Assembly: GCA_964628435.1 (NCBI GenBank)
Contig: CAZVON010000001.1
Coordinates: 1 to 49,919 of the forward strand
Reading direction: 5' to 3'
DNA from: an uncultured Gammaproteobacteria bacterium
Lineage (GTDB): Bacteria > Patescibacteriota > Microgenomatia > Levybacterales > UBA12049
Length of the DNA: 49,919 nt
Shown: positions 44,983-49,919 of the stretch, piece by piece
How the letters are laid out: each line of letters opens with the position of its first letter
How positions within the stretch are numbered: position 1 is the stretch's first letter
Translations under genes and position numbers: made by a program
Notes under the pieces: model-generated
Seen by the model: only the letters and a program-made list of their open reading frames with translations
Databases searched by the model: none
Told to the model about the DNA's origin: nothing

Positions 44983-45857
44983 TTAGTTGCTATTAAAATC
45001 TTGTTTTCTTAATTCTTTTACCCCTTCTTTAAATCCTCTCATTCTGACGCCAAGTTTACTAATTTTATCATTTTTTAGTCCTAATTTAAACGGTCGAGAT
45101 GCTCTGTTTTTAAAATATTCTTCACGAGTGATTTTTCGAATTAAAGACAAATTATACCCAAATTCTTCAGCAATAAAAAGAGCACATTCGTAGGGAGTAA
45201 TAACTTCATTCCCAACTACATGATATATACCTTCTTTGTTATGAGAAACAAGTGTATCAAATGCATATGCAATATCATCAATAAAAGTTGGAGTAATCAT
45301 GTGATCAGTTACAGCAGGTACCTCCTGATTGTTTGCTAGTCGTCCCTTAATTGCTCGAACAAAATCTTTTTTTTGAGAAAAATTTGCACGGTACGGATAT
45401 GCTATCCTCATTATAATATAGGAAATATCTCCCTCTTGTACTCTTTTTTCTCCTTCATGCTTTGTAATGCCATACCAATTAACTGGATAAGGCGTATCTT
45501 CTTCCGAATAAAATCCTTTTTCTCCATCAAATACAAAATCTGTAGAGACATACACAATTTTTTTCCCGTTTTGTTTACAAGCATCAACAATATTTTGAGT
45601 ACCCTCAACATTAATTTTCCATGCCATCCCTTCTTTTCCTAAACTCTTATCTTCTTCACAACTATCAACTTCTGTTTTTGCCGCTAAATGAAAAACAAGG
45701 GAAGCATCTGAAGCACTTATTTTTTCTTGTATAGATGTTTTTTCTGTAATATCAATAACCGTATTAAGACTTACGGTCTCAAAAGTATACTTTTTGCGAG
45801 TAATTCTACTATACGCGACCCAACCAAACCTGATAGACCAATCCCTAAAATTTTCAT
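44983..45857 (-). CDS. rmlD: dTDP-4-dehydrorhamnose reductase, with a 1-nt frameshift near the 5' end in this assembly
   Basis: The body is RmlD-like (VFHLAAKTEVD, YVSTDFVFDG, YGITKHEGE). The real N-terminus MKILGIGLSGLVGSRIVELLAK is encoded from ATG 45857 in another frame. That ATG forms an ATGA junction with the rmlB stop. The frame switch lies at the A5 run (+ strand T5, 45791-45795). The track ORF (start 45867) has a non-Rossmann N-terminus. Confidence 0.8.
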
Positions 45858-46855
45858 ACAGTACCATACTGTTTATTATAGTAATTCTTATAATCTTTAC
45901 TATTTACAATTTTTTCCCACCACCACTGATTATCCCTAAACCATGCAACAGTAAGCTGCATTCCTCTTTCAAAACTATACTCAGTGCGCCAACCAAGCTT
46001 CTTAAGCTTACTACTATCAAGAGCGTATCTTCTGTCATGAGCAGGTCGATCATTTACATATTCAACAAAACTCTCATTTTTATGAAGTGTTTTAAGAATA
46101 AGCTTTGCAACTTCGATATTTTTCCATTCTTCTTCAGAAGATATATTATAAACTTCCCCGATTTTTCCTTTATGGACAATCAGGTCAACTGCTCTACAGT
46201 GATCTTTTGTATATACCCACTCTCTTACTTGTAATCCATCACCATATACTGGTACTTTTTTATTTTGTAGCAGATTTGTTATTGCTAAAGGGATAAATTT
46301 TTCTGGATAGTGGTAAGGACCATAGAAATTGCATGAATGTGTTACAATGACAGGCGTTTTATAGGTTATATTATATGCCCGACATAATAGATCTCCACCT
46401 GCTTTTGATGCAGCGTAAGGGCTATTAGGCAGAAATGGTGATTCTTCCGTAAACAACCCTTCCTGGATGCTGCCAAATACTTCATCTGTGGATATTTGAA
46501 TAAATCGTTGTATTTTATATTTCTTGACTGCCTCAAGAAGGATGTATGTCCCTAAAACATCAGTCTTTATAAATGCTGATGGATCAAGAATTGAACGATC
46601 AACGTGAGTCTCGGCTGCATAGTTTATTACTATATCAACCTTTTGCACCAATTTTTCTACAACTTGGGAGTCACAAATATCTCCTTGTACAAAACGATAG
46701 TTTGGATTTTGATCAATATCTTTTAAATTATCAAGGTTTCCTGAATACGTCAGTTTATCGTAGTTAACAACAACATATGAAGGATATTCTTTTAATATAT
46801 AACGAATAAAATTGGAGCCCATAAATCCTGCTCCACCAGTAATAAGTAGCTTCAT
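45854..46855 (-). CDS. rmlB: dTDP-glucose 4,6-dehydratase
   Basis: MKLLITGGAGFMGSNFIRYIL, DKLTYSGNLDNL, ISTDEVFG and YAASKAGGD. Confidence 0.9.
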   Translation of the reverse strand: MKLLITGGAGFMGSNFIRYILKEYPSYVVVNYDKLTYSGNLDNLKDIDQNPNYRFVQGDICDSQVVEKLVQKVDIVINYAAETHVDRSILDPSAFIKTDVLGTYILLEAVKKYKIQRFIQISTDEVFGSIQEGLFTEESPFLPNSPYAASKAGGDLLCRAYNITYKTPVIVTHSCNFYGPYHYPEKFIPLAITNLLQNKKVPVYGDGLQVREWVYTKDHCRAVDLIVHKGKIGEVYNISSEEEWKNIEVAKLILKTLHKNESFVEYVNDRPAHDRRYALDSSKLKKLGWRTEYSFERGMQLTVAWFRDNQWWWEKIVNSKDYKNYYNKQYGTV

Positions 46856-47394
46856 AGTTTTTTTTCTCTTTTTAGTTTTTCTAATAAAAGGATTCCAACC
46901 ATAGTACCTCCATGAATTATTTCGCCATTAGCAACTTTTTCGACCGCAAATTTTAACGGTATTTTTACTACTTCAATATTTTCATCCTCATCTGGATTTG
47001 CAGTGTCTTCCTGTAGTTCTTTCGCCAAAAAAAGATATTCATATGCTCTTACCACGCTTCCCGATATATATATTCTAGCAATTTCTTCAAGTTGCATTGC
47101 TGTAATTCCTGTTTCTTCTTTTAATTCTCGTTTTGCAGCAGATAAACTTGTTTCACCTTTGCCGATAAATCCTGCAACTGCCTCAAGCGTTATCATTTTA
47201 TACAAGTACCTATATTGTTTGGCAAGATATAGATCATCATTATCCGTGAGAGGAAATACTAAAACACTCGGGTCTCTATAGACATTATGGTGAATAATAT
47301 TTTTGCCAGATGGTGTTTCAACTGTATGTTCTTTTATCTCAAACAATTCACTTTTAGGAATACTTTTCTCTGCAATCAATCGGTAGCCTGTCAT
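46852..47394 (-). CDS. NUDIX hydrolase (ADP-ribose/nucleotide-sugar pyrophosphatase-like)
   Basis: Nudix box GFIGKGETSLSAAKRELKEETGI. It has ATGA junctions with both neighbours. Confidence 0.8.
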   Translation of the reverse strand: MTGYRLIAEKSIPKSELFEIKEHTVETPSGKNIIHHNVYRDPSVLVFPLTDNDDLYLAKQYRYLYKMITLEAVAGFIGKGETSLSAAKRELKEETGITAMQLEEIARIYISGSVVRAYEYLFLAKELQEDTANPDEDENIEVVKIPLKFAVEKVANGEIIHGGTMVGILLLEKLKREKKL

Positions 47395-47813
47395 TTAACA
47401 ATACCTTTTTCTAGTTCTTCCTCTGTATATTCTACTTGCTCGTCTTTTAGGTTTGGATCATAAGCGGGATCAGGATAATTAATAAGCCATGATTCTTCAT
47501 TGCCAATATTTAAAAGTCCGGTGGCAACATTGTTTGGAATAAAAAGCCGCTGAGGATTTGTCTCGTCTAAAATATGTTCTTCCCGTACTCCATTTTTATA
47601 TAAAATAATTTTCATTTTTCCTTTGATACATACATACCGCGCAGCCCTCACTCTATGAAGATGATACCCTTTAAACTTTCCCGGTTTAACAGCAGTTACA
47701 TATGCAGTTGTTTTTTCTCCAGATTTATAGAGTTCTATGAGAAAACCATTTTCTGAACCATTTCCAGTATGTGTTTTGACTTTTTTTGCATTTTCAATTT
47801 TTCCAATGCTCAT
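47391..47813 (-). CDS. rmlC: RmlC-family cupin (dTDP-4-dehydrorhamnose 3,5-epimerase-like, short form)
   Basis: FKGYHLHRVRAARYVCIKGKMKI...LFIPNNVATGL...NYPDPAYDP follows the RmlC cupin pattern. The ATG at 47813 lies 1 nt after the rmlA stop, and the track start at 47897 overlaps rmlA. Confidence 0.6.
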   Translation of the reverse strand: MSIGKIENAKKVKTHTGNGSENGFLIELYKSGEKTTAYVTAVKPGKFKGYHLHRVRAARYVCIKGKMKIILYKNGVREEHILDETNPQRLFIPNNVATGLLNIGNEESWLINYPDPAYDPNLKDEQVEYTEEELEKGIVK

Positions 47814-47814
47814 A

Positions 47815-48543
47815 TTAACGTATCCGTTTCTTCTTCGCCCAATAGCTATTAGCAAGAAATAGGCTTTCAAAAGTCCCTGCATCGCTCCAAAAACCATTCA
47901 TTTCAGACCAACGTAATTTTTCTTTTTTAATATATACATTATTTACATCGGTTATTTCAAGCTCTCCACGCCCGGACGGTTTAATAGCGTGGATCGCCTC
48001 AAAAACAGTCTGATCATAGATATACAAACCAGTTACTGCCATATCACTCGTAGGGTGTTGTGGTTTTTCGTCAATTCGAATTACTTTTTGAGAGCTATTG
48101 TGATCAAACACTGCTATACCAAACCTTTTGGGATCTGGAACTTTCTTGAGAAAAATGTGTGCGCCATCAGTAAAAGTACTCACTTCGGAAGAAATATCTG
48201 CATCTGTAGTATTATCCCCTAAAATAACCGTAATATTACTACCATCTGCAAAATCTTGAGCAAGGGATAACGCATCGGCGATTCCTCCATCTGGTTTTTC
48301 CTGATATGCGTACTCTAAATGTCGTACACCTAATTCTTTTCCATTCTTTAACACACCTAAAAAATGCCCGACATGAGGCCCACTGGTAACAATAATAATA
48401 TCCTTGATACCAGCATTTACCAAAGTTGCGATTGGGTAGTAAATCATCGGCTTATCAAAAATAGGCAGCAAGTGTTTGTTCGTAACATGAGTAAGAGGAT
48501 ATAAACGAGTACCTAAACCCCCTGCAAGAATGACACCTTTCAT
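47815..48543 (-). CDS. rmlA: Glucose-1-phosphate thymidylyltransferase-like sugar nucleotidyltransferase (short form)
   Basis: MKGVILAGGLGTRLYPLTHVTNKHLLPIFDKPMIYYPI, plus the rml operon context. Confidence 0.85.
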   Translation of the reverse strand: MKGVILAGGLGTRLYPLTHVTNKHLLPIFDKPMIYYPIATLVNAGIKDIIIVTSGPHVGHFLGVLKNGKELGVRHLEYAYQEKPDGGIADALSLAQDFADGSNITVILGDNTTDADISSEVSTFTDGAHIFLKKVPDPKRFGIAVFDHNSSQKVIRIDEKPQHPTSDMAVTGLYIYDQTVFEAIHAIKPSGRGELEITDVNNVYIKKEKLRWSEMNGFWSDAGTFESLFLANSYWAKKKRIR

Positions 48544-48809
48544 AGTACAAGACTTCTGAGTACAAATAGTACAATTGAAGCACCAAGTAAAGACATAAGA
48601 CTATATTCTATCACAATTTTTAAAGACAGGTCATGATGAATTGAGTGATGAACTATTCCCCAAATACTATAAAAAAAGGCGGTTATTATAATTATTATTC
48701 CCTGCGTCAGCTTGTTGTCTTGGGTAAAAAAAATTCCAATAATGCCCATACTTAAAATAACACAGAGAGAAATATAATATTCAATGTGTTTTGAAAGTTT
48801 ACTATTCAT
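48540..48809 (-). CDS. Small hypothetical membrane protein (3 TM, His-rich loop)
   Basis: 89 aa containing IWGIVHHSIHHD, with coupled junctions on both sides. Confidence 0.55.
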   Translation of the reverse strand: MNSKLSKHIEYYISLCVILSMGIIGIFFTQDNKLTQGIIIIITAFFYSIWGIVHHSIHHDLSLKIVIEYSLMSLLGASIVLFVLRSLVL

Positions 48810-49705
48810 TATAAAATAATTCCTTTTCCTACAATTATAACAGTAATAAGTACTGCAGAGAAAAAGAATATGTGATCCAGGTTATGTCCTACCACTCGAA
48901 TGATCTTCTTTCTTTCAATAATAATCAGGTCTATAAACAAAACCAAAACCAGCAAGGTGATAATAATAAATGCAAGTGTTTTTGAAAGAAAAATACTATT
49001 CACGATAGACATCTTTTCAACTCTGTTTAAACTGTACGTTTTATTATTTAACGAAGAATCAGATATAATAGATATTCCTTTTGAGTCTTTCGTTGATTCC
49101 TTTACCAAAGTTGGAAAACCAGTATTTCCAAACATTTCTACAATAAGTACCGTTTCCTCTCCATTTAACATTCCAGTTTGGATTGCGAATCCAATATCTT
49201 TATAGTCCTTGGATAGGATATTTTTTCTATGAGTCTTGCTATCCATCCACGCATTTACTACATCAGAAGCAGTATTAAAGCCTCTAGCCAAGTTTTCTCC
49301 TGCGTATTTATAGTCATATCCAACCTTTTTAATAAAATACCAAGGAGTTACTCCATCTGGAGAGGTATGAGCCCAATAATTTTTCTCCAACATATTATAT
49401 GCTTTTAACTCTGCAGCTCTAGAGAGTTGATCGTTTAATACTAAAGAGGGAATTCCTTCTTCATTTCTCTGTTGATTCGTATAAAGCAGCAATTCTTGCA
49501 CTGAGACATCGACTGACACCCCTAAAACATCTGACCGAGTATTGTTGATAACGAGAAACAGAACGCTTCCAGCAATAAAAAAACTAATGAAGAACAAAAG
49601 AGATGAATGATGCAAAAGTTTTGATCTATGGTTATTGGTATGACGAGGCGTAGAAAAATGATAAATGCACTCTTTAATACAATCCCTCATACTATCATGA
49701 TACAC
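48809..49705 (-). CDS. CAP/SCP/PR1-like domain protein (YkwD-like) with N- and C-terminal TM segments
   Basis: LNDQLSRAAELKAYNMLEKNYWAHTSPDG...GENLARGF...VVNAWMDSKTHRKNIL is typical of the CAP domain. Confidence 0.8.
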   Translation of the reverse strand: MYHDSMRDCIKECIYHFSTPRHTNNHRSKLLHHSSLLFFISFFIAGSVLFLVINNTRSDVLGVSVDVSVQELLLYTNQQRNEEGIPSLVLNDQLSRAAELKAYNMLEKNYWAHTSPDGVTPWYFIKKVGYDYKYAGENLARGFNTASDVVNAWMDSKTHRKNILSKDYKDIGFAIQTGMLNGEETVLIVEMFGNTGFPTLVKESTKDSKGISIISDSSLNNKTYSLNRVEKMSIVNSIFLSKTLAFIIITLLVLVLFIDLIIIERKKIIRVVGHNLDHIFFFSAVLITVIIVGKGIIL

Positions 49706-49723
49706 CCATAACCAGGGAAGAAA

Positions 49724-49919
49724 TCAAGTGTCTTTTTTATCTTTATATATTGGCTCTACCAAACTTCCAGAACTTAGACCATTTATTGGAATATTAAGAG
49801 CAAAAGAGAATGCATTTGCCACTGCAATTCCAACTCTAATCCCAGTAAAAGACCCAGGACCTGTGTTAACTTTGATTTCCGAAATATTGTATATGGTTAG
49901 ACTATGCTTTTTGAGTAAT
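49724..49919 (-). CDS. tsaB: tRNA t6A biosynthesis protein TsaB-like (3' end only; 5' part outside window)
   Basis: Hand translation gives ..NISEIKVNTGPGSFTGIRVGIAVANAFSFALNIPINGLSSGSLVEPIYKDKKDT*. The GPGSFTGIRVG motif is present. The protein ends only about 45 aa after this motif. Confidence 0.65.
   Translation of the reverse strand, partial: LLKKHSLTIYNISEIKVNTGPGSFTGIRVGIAVANAFSFALNIPINGLSSGSLVEPIYKDKKDT

Noticed and set aside
1-49919. Alternative genetic code (UGA recoding, as in some candidate phyla).
   Set aside because: TGA terminates several well-conserved genes exactly at ATGA junctions (kinase 2651, rmlB 45854, sufC 36254, GT-C 30783). Conserved proteins have normal lengths under the standard code.
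1-49919. CRISPR arrays, tRNA/rRNA/tmRNA/RNase P genes, integrases, transposases, toxin-antitoxin or known defence genes.
   Set aside because: I saw no regularly spaced direct repeats, no GTTCGAATC-like T-arm or GAGGAAAGTCC-type motifs, and no ORF with recombinase, nuclease-defence or TA-like features. The only repeat family is the in-frame element reported above. A covariance-model scan would be needed to exclude small RNAs formally.

Overview
This is an AT-rich, very compact window of about 49.9 kb. It is almost entirely coding, with many 1-4 nt ATGA/TAATG gene junctions. The gene content and style fit a reduced-genome Patescibacteria/CPR-type bacterium that uses the standard code, since TGA serves as a stop at several ATGA junctions. 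I found no rRNA, tRNA, CRISPR array, integrase, transposase or recognisable defence system, so the region is mostly housekeeping.

Gene content, left to right:
- A DnaQ-like exonuclease, cut by the window edge.
- Small general-stress-type proteins: GlsB/YeaQ, DUF948-like, YtxH-like and a KGG-repeat protein.
- A GAF histidine kinase, an orphan P-loop-like protein and an OmpR-type regulator.
- A GT4 glycosyltransferase next to a GDE-like glucosidase.
- A PAS relic followed by a CheY-like receiver.
- A cell-wall block: GH18, two S11 DD-carboxypeptidases, a class A PBP, DgkA and a PAP2 phosphatase.
- gltX, aspS (type 2), recJ, cca, an ABC-2 exporter pair, yqeY and secDF.
- A suf Fe-S operon (sufCBD-sufS-...-sufU) with two foreign-looking genes embedded in it.
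- A long minus-strand envelope-glycan block: two GT-C enzymes, a GT2-GtrA fusion, UXS, Gmd, Rmd, Ugd, RmlABCD and a Nudix hydrolase.

The most interesting observations:
1. A short repeat element sits in frame inside recJ (two copies, one expanded) and inside secF.
2. An uninterrupted A16 tract lies inside a DD-carboxypeptidase gene, and a G8 tract lies inside the response regulator.
3. Three indel-type disruptions occur within 16 kb (rmlD, a ferredoxin, and a P/Q-rich membrane protein). They could be assembly errors or real gene decay.
4. A maximal Shine-Dalgarno motif (AAGGAGGTGAAA) marks only small-protein genes, and it reveals two ORFs that are absent from the ORF track.
5. At least five genes show a recurring leaderless-type promoter geometry.

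I cannot point to a clear-cut new multi-gene system. The candidates are listed below with what would confirm or refute them.
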